Assembly: GCA_028023455.1 (NCBI GenBank)
Contig: JAQFVV010000002.1
Span: forward strand, 18,228,001-18,292,000
Origin: Epiperipatus broadwayi
Lineage: Eukaryota > Animalia > Onychophora
DNA: 64,000 bases
Reading direction: 5' to 3'
The notes under the pieces were generated by a model that did no database searches, was not told where the DNA came from, and saw only the letters and a program-made list of their open reading frames with translations. Below are positions 51,627 through 64,000 of the stretch, one piece after another. Every line of letters begins with the position of its first letter. The first letter of the stretch is position 1. A program made the translations under genes and the position numbers.

Positions 51627-53460
51627 ATTATCATCATTATCAACCATTATCAATCCACTGCAGGATGAAAGTCTCTCCAAGTTCAGTCCATCTTCTCAGG
51701 ATTTTAGCTTCTCTACATCATCCCAGCATACTTACTTATTTCATCCATCTCACATGTAGTCTCTTTCCAGGTATTTTACAATCTCTTGAAATCTGGTTTA
51801 AGATTTCAACTATCCATTTATTATCATCTCCTCTAGCAAGCAATATATCCAGCCCATCTCCATTTCAATCTCATTAATTTTTTCAATAATGTCAGAAACA
51901 CCTGTTTGTTCTCTCATCCATCTATTTCATTTCAATCACTTTTTGTTACTCCTAACATCTATCTCTCATTACTTCTTTGAATGGTCTGAAGTCTCTGCAT
52001 TCTTCTTATGTTAAGTGCCCAAATCTCAGATCCATAAATAAAAACTAGTAAAACACATTTATTAAAAACCTTCCTTTTTAAACATATAGACATATTTCCT
52101 TTTAATATTAAGTTATTTCTACCAAAAGCACTCCAAACAAGTTTAATTCTAAGATTAATTTCATCCATTATGTTTCCGTATATGGTAATAATCTGACTAA
52201 GATATTTGTAGTTGTTAACTTCTTCTAACTCATCATTATCAATCTTTATTTTCTTCTTTTGAGAAAATCCATAGAACACTACTTTAGTCTTTTCAACATT
52301 TACCTTTAATTCTACATTTTTAATTTTATCTTATATCTCCTGCATCACTTCATGAAGCTCTAAAGCATTATTTGCAAAAACAACTATCAAGATGATTTAA
52401 ATAATCATTTACTATTACTCCTTTAACTTCCCATTTTAATCCACAAAATACTTCTTACAAAACTGCTCTAAAAAGTTTTGGAGATATGGAATCACTCTGT
52501 TTTACACAGTTACCTAAATGTCAACCTTTTTAGGATCATTATGTGATGTAATTGTTGCTGTTGTACTTTTATAAATATTCTATATAATATGACAATATCC
52601 TGGGTCTACATCTTGATGATCCAATGTTTTAATCACTGAAGAAATCCTTACAGAATCAAATGCCTTTTCATAATCTACAAATCCCAAAGCATACAGGCAA
52701 CTCACATTCATTGGTTCTTTCTATAACTTCTCCCAATACTTGGATATAACCCACTTTATTAAAACCACTTTTAAATCCAAATCCAAATTTAGTTGTAAAT
52801 AAGTTGTAATTATTGTGGTAAAAATTTTGTGTAGAGAAGAAGCTGTAATTTCTAATATCTTCTTCATCACCTCTTTTAAATATTAATACTGCATTCTTCC
52901 AATCATGGGAGTACATCTTTACCATTTAGATATTTGGCATATAACTTTGCAAAACCTTTTTCTATTTCTTCACTCTATTTTTTAAGATATCAATTATAAT
53001 TTCATCATTACCTAAAGTTATCCCCCCTTTTCACAAATTTAATAGCATGCCTTACTTCATTTAAAATCATGGGCAATTCAGAAGATATAGTAGTTATAAG
53101 AGGTAATTTTCCTCCTTCATTGCTATATAACTCTTGATAGAACTCTTCTACTCATTTCATGATGTCATCTCTCTTTTAAATAATAGTTCCATATTTTTTT
53201 CTTATTGCTGGAATAAGTTTTCTACCAATAATAAGATGTTTATTATCTTCTTTAGCTTTCCTTGGTCATTCTCAATTATCCTCTCTTATATCATTATCAA
53301 CTCTTGTTTTACACCATTTTACAATGTTTGAAATATTCAACCTTCTTAAAGCATCACTTTTATATATTTCTTCTTTTCTTAATAGATAGTTCAATTCATG
53401 ATCAAATGAAAATTCCTATTCCAAATCATATGTATACTGTATATTTTTAAGACTCCTTTT
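51627..53460 (-). pseudogene. Decayed RTE-clade LINE (RT domain to 3' end)
   Basis: DELEEVNNYKYLSQ...DEINLRIKLVWSAFGR...LKRKVFNKCVL..FIYGSEIW; W..AVLIFKRGDEEDIRNY...FGFKSGF; 3' tail matches 47.9 kb copy. Confidence 0.9.
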
Positions 53461-53675
53461 AGAATATGGCTAAAATATAAAAAGATAAGTGAAATGTATG
53501 CGTAGAAATACACTCATAAATTCCAGATAATATAGATGATAAATGAAAAGATTAAATTTAACATTTGAGTAAATAAGCCACAAAACTAAATAAGCAAATA
53601 AAAACAAGATTTTTTTCCACTATGACTATGCCTCCTAATGGAAGTTTTAGTAACTAATACACAATAGATGATTCT

Positions 53676-53730
53676 GTCCAGACTAGTTTCAAGCTTATGG
53701 TTTTCATCAGTGAAGATTTTTGGATTTGGA
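53676..53730 (-). ncRNA. Family A fragment with intact HHR core
   Basis: UUCA-CUGAUGA-AAAC cauaa GCUU-GAAA-CUAG-UC/UGGA; similarity stops ~5 nt after the predicted cleavage site. Confidence 0.6.
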
Positions 53731-54864
53731 AACAGGAAAAGAATATGTTGCTGAACTACAATGTGTAAGCTGGAGTCATGTGATAAAGTGGTTTTAAAAA
53801 CAAGGTTTATGACTAGACAAATTTTCTATAATTGTAAGACTAATTTATTTACCTATATCTTCTTTTAAAGTTTAATTTATATGTATAATGTGGTTAAAAA
53901 TAATCATATATTTTCATTAATTCAGTAAATCCAGTCATAATCACTGAAAAACATATGATAGTGAAACTTTGCTTTAAAAATGAAAACTGATATAATACCA
54001 CAAAAGATGGATTTAATATGATCTAAGCAATGTTAGTATGTTCTTTTTGTTTGGTAAAAATCATGCATAATCTGAATTTCATAGAAGAATGATAAATTGC
54101 ATTATGCTTGAATATGGTTTTGCAGTAAGGTGGTGCAATCCAACATCAGTGCAAGTAAAGCAATTTATCCAACAAGTTTTTTAAAATATATATTACAAGT
54201 TCCCACTTACTTGCACCTAATGCTAAATAGGGCTCATTAAAGTTTATGATACAGTTGTATAAAGAAGATACTAAAATAAACAGGGAAGCTATATTTGGGA
54301 ATAGCCACATATCCATTCAATCTGATATTTGGCAAAAAAACAGCAAAATATCTTTTATCTGCAATACATGGTAGCATTTAATGATTATGTTTAACAAAAT
54401 AGATCATTAAAGTAATCTTCATTTTGATACTATTATAGAGATTTAGAATAATTCAATGAACAAAGTAAAAGATTGCAAAAGTTATTTCTGTAGATGCATC
54501 AATGAACTGAACATCACATACAAAATTAGAATGAATATGTTAAAGGGTAATATATTAACATTAATCAAATTATTTTCTGATTGGAGGACATATCATGTTT
54601 GAATATCAGAAGTGATAGTTTGAACTTTGATCCAGAAACTTTTAGATTTACATCATTTTACTAATGTCTTAAACTATAAAGCTACTAACCCAACACCTAT
54701 CAGTAAACAGCTTCTTTTAGCATGCTTTGTATAAATCACTTTAAATTAAATAATTGAGTTTGATAGGGCTATTAAATATCTTTTGGTAGTGAAGAACTTA
54801 TGGAATAACAAGATTTTAATATTTTTTTTTCAAACAAATGTAGTCCTATAATTTTTTTAGATGC

Positions 54865-55262
54865 TTGCTCATAATTGTTATTAAAACAGGCAAAACTCTC
54901 CATACAATAGTGCCACTCAGTTTAAGCTAGTGCAGTGCTCTCAGATCCAAGGCTCCTCACTGATGAAAGCCACAAGCTGAAACTGGTCTGGGAATATTGG
55001 ATGAATAGGCACTAGATAGGGATTTTATGCACAAGCTTTCTGGCATCCATTGATTACTCTGGCCTGCAATCCTAAGATCTAAGTGCAGTGCTCTCAGATC
55101 CAAGGCTCCTCACTGATGAAAGCCACAAGTTAGAAATTACTCTAGGAATATTGGATGAGTAGGCACTAGATAGGGATTTTATGCACAAGCCTTCTGGCAT
55201 CCATTGATTACTCTGGCTTGCACTTAGTGGCATTACTGTATGGAGAGTTTTGCCTGTTTTTC
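54865..55262 (+). mobile_element. Family A: short inverted end plus head-to-tail dimer (~153-bp unit)
   Basis: CUGAUGA at 54960 and 55113; first HHR (54945-55002) has intact core GAAA-CUGG-UC, second is degenerate (GAAAUUACUC). Confidence 0.85.
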
Positions 55263-57236
55263 AACTAACAATCAATTTAAAAATTATGTTCTTCACAATT
55301 CACATTAAAGTGAACCAATTTGCAAGACTTAATTTGGTTTAACATTTTGCTGTTACATGTTTAAAAAAAGACACAGACTATAGTTGTTTTATAATTCTTG
55401 AATAGTAATTTATTGCATGTTTTTGTAGCTTGCAATCAACTGGTAATTATAATATGTTGTCAAATATTAAAATAATAAAAATTTCTGGATATTAAATTTT
55501 ATAAATATTTATGCAAATGGAATTTTATTTACTATTCACTTTCTTATACCTGCAGTTATTAAAAGTTATTATTATTATTTTGATATATATTATTCATATC
55601 AAGCAAATATTTTTCAATAAATATTTAAAAAACACTCCTGATTACACAAGATATACAAAATCTCAATCAAATTGCATAACGAACTGTGCAGAGCAATAAT
55701 ATACAACAAATGGCTTTCTGACATATGAAAATTCTTGCATAAAATTATATGACATAAAAGATTTACAAAAAAATGCAAAATATCTCAAATACACAACCAT
55801 CATTCAAAATTCAATAATAATTCAATTGGATAGTATAAAAAAAAGGAAGAATTTTTTTCCCCATTGATTAGCAAATAATTAAACTCTAAGAATTGCAAAA
55901 GTTTTAATTATAGAACATTCATTTTTTATGATGTTTCAAATAAATATGCTTTATAAACAACATTTTAATCATCTGTTTAGCAGATTGGATTTGCCAATAA
56001 TTACTCAAGACTTAACTAGAATCATCTTTTTGACTTTCAACTAAGAACCTACAATCAAAAATAATAATAGCATAAAAATAGAATCTTTATGAGGGTCCAA
56101 TAAATTTATTTTTCCAGACTCAACAATAAGCCAGCTGGACTTTACCTTTTTAGACCCAACAAGGGTCTCAGCAACATATTAACCACCACTAATGTTCAAA
56201 AATATGGACAAGCATAAACTATGAACTTTGTAGTTGATGACTCTCAAATCTAGGATTACAGTCTCAAAACTCAAAGATTTAATAACGATAGTAGTAAATC
56301 TATCTCTTACTTAAAATTTCTAGATTCATTTATAATATTTTGTTTTAAAAATCCAAACTCTAAATAAATAATAAAGAAAAATAATAATTTTTAGATATGA
56401 GCCATCATTTTAAAAAATGTTGATTTATATTAATGACATTAATAAAATCCAAACCATCTCTTAATTATTATAGTTTAATAAAAATCAAATGGTATTAAGA
56501 ATTAACTTCTTTTGGATAGGTATAGTTTCCATATTTGTAATCAAGTGAGTCTTAAGGATTTTCAATTAACAGTTTGATTTTCTGATTACATATACTAATT
56601 TTTGCAGTAGTCACACTCGTCAAATGAATGAAATAATAGTTGTCAGCCTTTCACTTTGGTGCCTAAACACCATTTAACTTTCTGAGCAACTAACCACAAA
56701 AACATATATTTCAAAACAATATCATAGTAGAGAAGAGTAAATAAGCAATACATTTTTAAAAAGCTATATTACCATACTAATACACATTGCTTGATTCTTT
56801 CATTTAATTCCAGTATATAAAAAAAGCAGATCTGGGTTTCTACTTTAGCACTATTTATTATAATCTTGAGTATACAATATTAGGGCAATTTAAACCCCAT
56901 TCTCAACCTGTTTTTTGGTTCTTGCCCTTTAGTAATAAGAATGTATGATTCAAAGCCAGAATCTAAAGAGAGAAGAACTGCTCATTTATTTTGCTTAAAT
57001 GATAGGTGTGATATTTTGATTTTTATTTATTTGATAAAATAAAATACTTGATGTGATTATAAAACTAAATGCAATATGATGCCATTCCCCCTTATCAGTG
57101 TCAAAGTCAGTATTTACATTACAATTAACTTTTTGTTCGGGAAGAGGGGTTATAATCAATGCATTATCATTTAGTTGCCTAATTCAAATTAAACTGAGAT
57201 TGTTGTCCTTTAATTAATAGTTAGATATCTATTTCT

Positions 57237-57720
57237 AAACATCACATGATCACCATCTCTTATGCTCACACATAACTGTTATTAAACAGGCAAAACTTTC
57301 CATACAGTAGTGCCATCGTGTGCTAACCAGAGTAATCAATGGACGCCAGAAGGCTTGTGCATAAAATCTCCATCTAGTGCCTACTCATCCAATATCCCCA
57401 GACTAGTTTCTGGCTTGTGGCTATATAAGCTATTGAGCTTAGATTGAAAATATTGTGTTTTCAATTTCATTCTCATAATTTTGTAGTTAAGTAGAGATAA
57501 AAGGTGGCTGCTGGAGGGTTGCATTAGATCCTAAGACCTAGATGCAGTGCCCTCAGATCCGAGGTTCCTCACTGATGAAGGCCATAAGCCAGAAACTAGT
57601 CTGGTGATATTGGATGAGTAGGCACTAGATGGGGATTTTATGCACAAGCCTTCTGGCATCCATTGATTGCTCTGTTTGGCACAGGGTGGCACTACTGTAT
57701 GGAGAGTTTTGCCTGTTTAA
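57237..57720. mobile_element. Family A: inverted partial plus long sense pseudo-LTR
   Basis: Antisense arm 57237-57421, sense arm 57422-57720. Confidence 0.85.
57557..57615 (+). ncRNA. Minimal type I HHR motif (family A)
   Basis: AUCCga-ggu-UCCUCA-CUGAUGA-aGGC cauaa GCCa-GAAA-CUAG-UC/UGGUGA-ua-UUGGAU; predicted cleavage after 57601. Confidence 0.7.
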
Positions 57721-58442
57721 TATCTATGCCTATTGAATGATTCACTAAAATAGCCATGATCTGGCTCCATTTTGAAAGTATACTTTGTCTAGATTTGAAC
57801 CTTGTGTGACAGATGCCATACTATATTTCAAGAGCAATGTAACACTGCAAGTGTGCTTCTGTAATTTGAAAACTGATTTTAACTTAGATTTTTTTTTCCT
57901 AATAATTATTTGTTATACAAAAATAAAATAAAATAAAATGCCTGTATATAAAATTGACTTTTTTTTTACTACAATGAAATATTAATTTATGTCATAATTA
58001 AATGTAAGTTAAAATATTAAACAGTTAGTGCTCTTATTTATTCGAATACTTAATGAAATCTGTTACCATTGCCAAAATCTATAAATAGGCAAAGAAGTTG
58101 ACATTGTCTTGATGAAACCTAATAATAATAATAAAATAATATAACCAAATTAGACATCCTATGTGATTTAGTGTAGTAACATTCTGGAGCTCAATATTCA
58201 TTGATTGTGGTCCAGATCACCTCCAATGTGTGAATTTCATATGAACTCCTGAGCAAAAAATCTACTTGATTTATTTTTGCCCTGTGTAGTTTGGTGCAGT
58301 AAACAAGTGAGCTAAAGTTTTAAGGATTGAATTTCTTATAAATTTCCAAGCAATAAATTATTTTATTTTTTATTTATTTATACTATACGATGCAATCAAA
58401 AGTTTAAAAGTTCAACGAGTGCTAAATAACAATGACAGTTTT

Positions 58443-58556
58443 AATTAAAGGGAATTTGAACCCAGACTTTCAAGCTCCTTTTATCTTATACAACTGATAC
58501 CCAGGCATTGATGACTGAAGGAAGCTAAAAGTCTGGGTTCAAATCCCCTCTAATTA
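58443..58556. repeat. Short hairpin made of family B 3' termini
   Basis: aatttgaacccagactttcaagctcc / ggaagctaaaagtctgggttcaaat; matches ~17560-17585. Confidence 0.6.
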
Positions 58557-58792
58557 CATCTAGCTTAAATATATATACTAGTATTTAAATGTCAGTTTTA
58601 ATTGTTTGCAATTTATGAGAAGATTAACTATTATATATTTTGTCATTTACAAACATACCCTGATAATAATAGCTATATAGTAATAATTAGGATTTTAATG
58701 TACAAAAACAATAACAAAAAAGGAAACATATTTATAATTTATTCATTGTTAACAAATAGCTGCTTTAATATTAAGTTCTTAAACCGTTAAGC

Positions 58793-58875
58793 ATCACATG
58801 AACACCTTCTGGCATCCATTGATTACTCTGGTTGGCCCAGAATGGCGCTACTGTATGGAGAGTTTTGCCTTGTTT
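58793..58875 (+). mobile_element. Family A terminal fragment
   Basis: catcacatgaacac fused to cttctggcatccattgattactc...ggagagttttgcct. Confidence 0.75.
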
Positions 58876-60299
58876 ATCAAGTTCTTTTACCCTAAATAAA
58901 ATGTTCAATAAAAAATAATATAAAAATATTAACTACTCTGTTTTGCTAGTCACGTGTGCTTTTAAAATGCCTAATTCTATTAAAGTAATATCTAATTCTA
59001 TTTCATAACTTAATCTGTTGCTAAATCAAATAAGTTCTATTCTCAAAAGCAATTTGATCTGACTAAAAAATACGATATTATGGTACAAAAAAATAATAGA
59101 ATGATAGGTTAAATTGTTAGCTGAAAGTCAACTGTGAATAAAAAATAAAGTGCCTTACCAAGAGCTTCTGTCGCCTTGTAGGATAGGATGTTGATTCATT
59201 AAAGGCTAGTTACTGTTTCCCATATAAAGCATTTTTTTATTCACTTAAGATATTGTTATTGTAGAGCCCAGTTATCATGAGGCCCTCATGTCATCAGACA
59301 TCTTATTAATTGTGACAATATTATTGCATGTTTGTGCAACATTTCTATCCTTTAACTACCCACACAGCACTTCTAAATCCAATTGCTTTTTTTTTTTAGC
59401 TAAAGCTCTCAAGAATTAAGAAAGCAATAACAGGGCCAGACTTAGGAGACTGGCAGCTTTTAATTGTGATCTTTGCACAATGCAGTGCAATCACTAACGA
59501 TTCAGTTTGGAACTGGATTTCAGTGAAGCAGGAGTTTCAACAGGCAAAGATTGTGTCTATAAGCAGCCCCATATAGGAATTCCCCTATCACCATGGAAGA
59601 GTAAGATCCTATAAAATGTAGTATAAAAATGGCCTACCTCACACAGACTGGCTAGCTTGTCATGCCTAGTGGATTACTCATTTCAGCAGTAGAAATAATA
59701 ACAATAATAAGTGGTAAAGCAAGAAATAATGATAGTACTAAATGTAAGTATTATTAATCTATTTTTTCTTCTAAATATAGATACATGGAATGTGTAAACT
59801 CTTCCTAATTTATAGCATGTAAGTGAAGCTCGGATGCCCTATTGGCATAATATAAAGGCATCAAAAAATTTAATTTAAGGATGCACTGTAAAATTTTAAA
59901 AATACGATGGATAGATCCTAAAACCAATCAATCAGTTCTCCAGCTTGATAGATGTCATACTATTGGGTCCACTATTATAAAATCACACATTCATTAAATT
60001 GAACCTTTAAAATGAATTAACAATGGAATACTTTCTAATGGCAAACTTGAGCTTGACTTTTTTTGGAGAGGCAGTAAAGAAAAGATGTGCAAATTTAAAA
60101 ATGATAAATGCTATAATTACTAAGTTAAAGAATACTTATTATGAGTTCACTTCAATAAGCAGAAAAAGAATGAAGACAATTTATGAAGAGATTGTAAGTT
60201 GAGGGGAGATGTCTACAAAAGAAAACCTAATGTCAAGAATATAAATAAAAATGATGTAAACTAGAATTTGCAGGATGTTAACATTTGAGAGTAAAAAAT

Positions 60300-60845
60300 T
60301 AGAATAGAAATATTACAGTGGAGCAGATGTGTCTCTTATTTCAAAAAAATGATTGCATGGTTATCACAAGAAAATGGTAAGAAAAAAATATTTATGAATA
60401 AAATAGATTTAGTAGCTACTTATGTAAATGGAAACTGGGTTGATATTCTAGGGGTAGTTACAGTTCTAATACTCGTAAACACAAAATTAAAAAATCTACC
60501 TCTATATACTATGTCAAGGGATTTAAGCCCAATTCTAAATCAAAACTGGTTCAAACCTTTAGGAATAGGAATAAAAATAATAAAGAAAGTCCAGTTAAAA
60601 TGTGAAATCTGGGATAAATTTTCATAACTGTTCAAATCAGGTCCTGTGAACCAGTTGAAATAGATTTAATGGATAAAGCTCAGACTATTGTTTGCAAACA
60701 ACAAAAAGTTCCTTTGATTTTGAAAAGTGGAAAAAAAAACTCGATTTAGTTATGAAAGATATAATTAACACCTGTTGAAGAGTCAATATGGGCAACACCC
60801 ATTGTAATAAATTTAAAACCTGGTGGAACAATTCATTTATGTGAT
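60300..60845 (+). pseudogene. Ty3/Gypsy pol remnant (protease to RT start)
   Basis: (Y)SGADVSLIS protease motif; ATYVNGNWVDILG..V...LPLY...PILNQNW; PVEESIWATPIV..LKPGGTIHLCD. Confidence 0.75.
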
Positions 60846-62309
60846 ATTACTGATATTTGTATATAAATGAAGTTGCAGATTATGTAAGCAAGTGTTTGAT
60901 AGGTTTTAGCATCATTACAAAAAGCTTCATATTTCGCTAAAATCTATCTACAGTCAGCATTCCATCAGATTCCAGTTACAGCACGAATAGCTGAACCCTT
61001 ATCTATTAACATGCAATTGGGGCTATTTAAGTATAACTTCTACTTTTAAATATTTCTTTCACATTTTGAATTTGTGAATTATTATTGGTTAATAATAATA
61101 ATCAGAAGATTTATTCCTTGAGAATTTATATAAAATTCAAGCGTTGGAAGTGACAAAACTGGAGCCTTGATTTCAGAAACTTCAGCTCCAAAATCTGCCC
61201 TTATATTGCTACACTCAACTACGTTGGACACTCATTAATAAAATAATTACATTCATTAGTAAGAATTTTCTTTTACTATTATTATCTCCCATTTTGAATT
61301 TATTATGTAATCATTAAAAATTCAAAATATATTAATTTTTATATTGAATTAAAAATTGTTATTTTACAGTCTACTAAATGCAGACAAAATGGCTTTATTG
61401 TTCAAGAATTTGTAAGGGAAATTTGCTATGTTTATGTGTATGTTAAAATAAATACACATATATAACTAAAAAACAATTATAAATATTTGTGTTATATGAA
61501 ATACATACACATTCAAAATTATAAAAAGTAATATATTAAATTTAAGTAAAAAATAAAATTAAAACCAATTGAAATAATAAATAAAAGAATTAATATTACT
61601 AAAAGATTAATTATAAATCCAGGAAACAATCTTAATTAAATTCCTAAAGAGCAAAAGAGATAATAGAACTCTATCAGAAAATAATCTAATTAATTAGTGA
61701 CAATTAAAAAAAGAAATTATAAGTAACTGGATGCATTTATAAATAAATAACAGACAATGTCAACAGGTTCTAAATGACTCAACCAATTAGAACAGGAGTT
61801 CTAATTATTAATTAATAGTGAAGTATTGATCTAGAAAAAGAATCAAGGAACACTTGCTCATGGAAACTACAAGCATGTAGATGTACTTGCAACAATAACG
61901 ATGCTAGACATCACTGTGTGTTGTCCTTGATAGCTTATACTGTGAAAAGGATTGCCTCCAAACATGGCAAAGCAAGTCTAGGGAACAGGACACTCTGATC
62001 TTTATTATTATTTGAGAACACCTTTGGGTATGTAAGTATATATGCTTTATATAAATTGTTAATATATATATCTGTAATTAAACTGCTTATAATGTTTGCA
62101 TTAATAATCTATTAAATCATAATCCTAAGTTGTTGCAGTATTATTATTGTTACCAGATGAGTTTTATATAGGCTTACATTTGTTTGATAGCACATGGATC
62201 ATTTCCAGATGTAGCAATTGATGCAATCATAAGTCGAACTTGAAACAAGCTAAAAAGAGATAAACCATCAGAGTAATAGGCATTAAACAATCTGCTAAAA
62301 TATAATCAT

Positions 62310-62840
62310 CAATTGATAAATTTGACATCAATGCTGTCAGTAATTTGCCTCTTTATGTTCAACATGTAAAGAAATATCTCTTCACTAATAAAATTGAGGA
62401 TGAGAAAATTAGTTACATAACTGTTGTATTTTGCAGGAAAAGAAGTAATAGAGATTGCTAATAGGCTCTGTGAACCTGATACTCCAGAGGATTATCTGTA
62501 TGATCAAATAAAAGATCACTTGGCAAATTATTTTAGTCCATGTTCATCTGGGTACACCACCAGACTTCATTTCAGAAATAGCTATCAGGCCAGAAGTGAA
62601 AAAATTAAAGATTACAAATTAGCTCTTTGTGATCTAGCGAAAATTTGTATATATGTCTCATTTTTGGATAAGCCACTCCTTGTACAATTTCTGTGGGTGG
62701 AGGGGGTGAGCAGTGACAGTTTAAGACAACAGCTGTTAGCTGATGATGAAATTAAATATAGCAAAGCTATAAAACATGACATAGCTCATGAATCAGTTCT
62801 TGAGCAATCAAGAATTCATGGAGGTAAAAATCCAGGATAA
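62310..62840 (+). pseudogene. Ty3/Gypsy gag remnant
   Basis: LCEPDTPEDYLYDQIKDHLANYFSP...RLHFRNSYQARSEKIKDYKLALCDLAKIC...SDSLRQQLLAD, a retrotransposon-gag-like pattern. Confidence 0.75.
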
Positions 62841-63250
62841 AATACAAAAGGACATTTGTAAGACATTTAAAGTAAAGTTTAAAAACGAGAAACAACAGAT
62901 CTAGAGCTATGATCTATTGGCTTTGAGATCCAGAGTATCTCATTCTACTACTGTACTAAATCTGCAGGAAATTAATTAATAAATATGTTTATTGATTATT
63001 GAATATTTTTTATTGTTGTAACTATCTACCATTTTGAATCTATTATATAATCATTAAATATAAATTTCTATAATTTTGTTTTAAATTATATATATATCTC
63101 CAAAAGATTGTTGAGAAAGATTATTTACAATTAACTAGGGTTTTATTTTACCACATATATCAATCGAGTTTTTTAAAAAATAAAGTGAGTATTCTTGTTT
63201 TTCACCTAATTTGTAAATTCCAGTTTTATTCACATATATAAATTCAGCTA

Positions 63251-63356
63251 GTCAAGCGTTGTTAGCCGAGAGGTCATCGCACCCGCCTTGCAAGCGAGTA
63301 GTTGGTTGCAGAAGGGTGTGGGTTCGTGTCCCGGCCGATGCTATGACATATAAGAT
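63251..63356 (+). mobile_element. tRNA-derived SINE S, CpG-rich (young) copy
   Basis: 14-bp TSD tataaattcagcta at 63237-63250 and 63357-63370; followed by a perfect 39-bp duplication at 63371-63409. Confidence 0.9.
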
Positions 63357-64000
63357 TATAAATTCAGCTACGGCCGATGCTATGACATATAAGATTATAA
63401 ATTCAGCTATGTTTTAGGAAGCTTGAAAAGATTCTTGAATGACGTTAGAAAGTTATTTCAGAAATGACCGTATTTACATTTATCTGTACATGTATAACTG
63501 CGTTTATGTCAACATGGGATCAATTTATTCTTCTGCAAATTTGACTTTTTTTATTATCAGAAACTAAAAATATTTAAAGTTGATACATCAGTGTCAAACA
63601 ACCATTAATCTTAAAACTTATTAAAGTTAATTTAGAGCATCTATTTTAATTTTATTTACATATATTTTTAAAAAACTATTTCTTCATGAAAGTAAACAAG
63701 CCTTTGATTAAATTCGTAAATAAATAACGAAATCAATGATTTAAAAATAATCATATTTGTTTTAATTTAAAAAAAATATATATATTATGGTGGTGACTTC
63801 TATCAATTTATATATTTTTTGGTTGCTATAACCTTAAATTTTTTTTTCAATTTTTAAGAAAAATATTAACATTTTATTACATAAATCATTAAAAAAAAAT
63901 TAAATTATTTCTTTTTTTTATTTAAAGGTGGCATTTTTAAAAGAAGTCTTTTACAACACACGCATACAAAAGAAATATATTTACACAATTTCCAGATCTT

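Noticed and set aside
953-63000. Short ORFs in the supplied six-frame track as host genes
   Set aside because: Nearly all are low-complexity AT-rich frames or pieces of decayed transposons; none has a recognisable intact host domain.

Overview
Very AT-rich eukaryotic (metazoan, probably invertebrate; inference) DNA with no intact protein-coding gene that I can support. It is mostly transposon debris: hAT MITEs with 8-bp TSDs (one resembling vertebrate SPIN/URR1), a non-autonomous Helitron, a tRNA-derived SINE family, and decayed RTE, L1/Tx1, Ty3/Gypsy and Tigger fragments. The dominant signal, found by reading the repeats as RNA, is that most palindromic and tandem repeats are ends of Penelope-like retroelements (PLEs) carrying type I hammerhead ribozyme (HHR) motifs. 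I count roughly 25-28 recognisable motifs from about nine sequence families. The most unusual are four copies in two diverged families (12.1-12.7 kb, 39.2-39.9 kb) whose core reads AUGA(U/A)UA instead of CUGANGA, i.e. an apparent compensatory A3-U8 swap of the C3-G8 tertiary pair. They sit directly behind GIY-YIG endonuclease C-terminal coding remnants, and a related decayed RT+GIY-YIG PLE lies at 44.4-46.0 kb. Other families form 470-bp and 153-bp head-to-tail, retrozyme-like units, one with tRNA-like A/B boxes. All structures were folded by eye; none was computed or tested. Family letters are my own labels.
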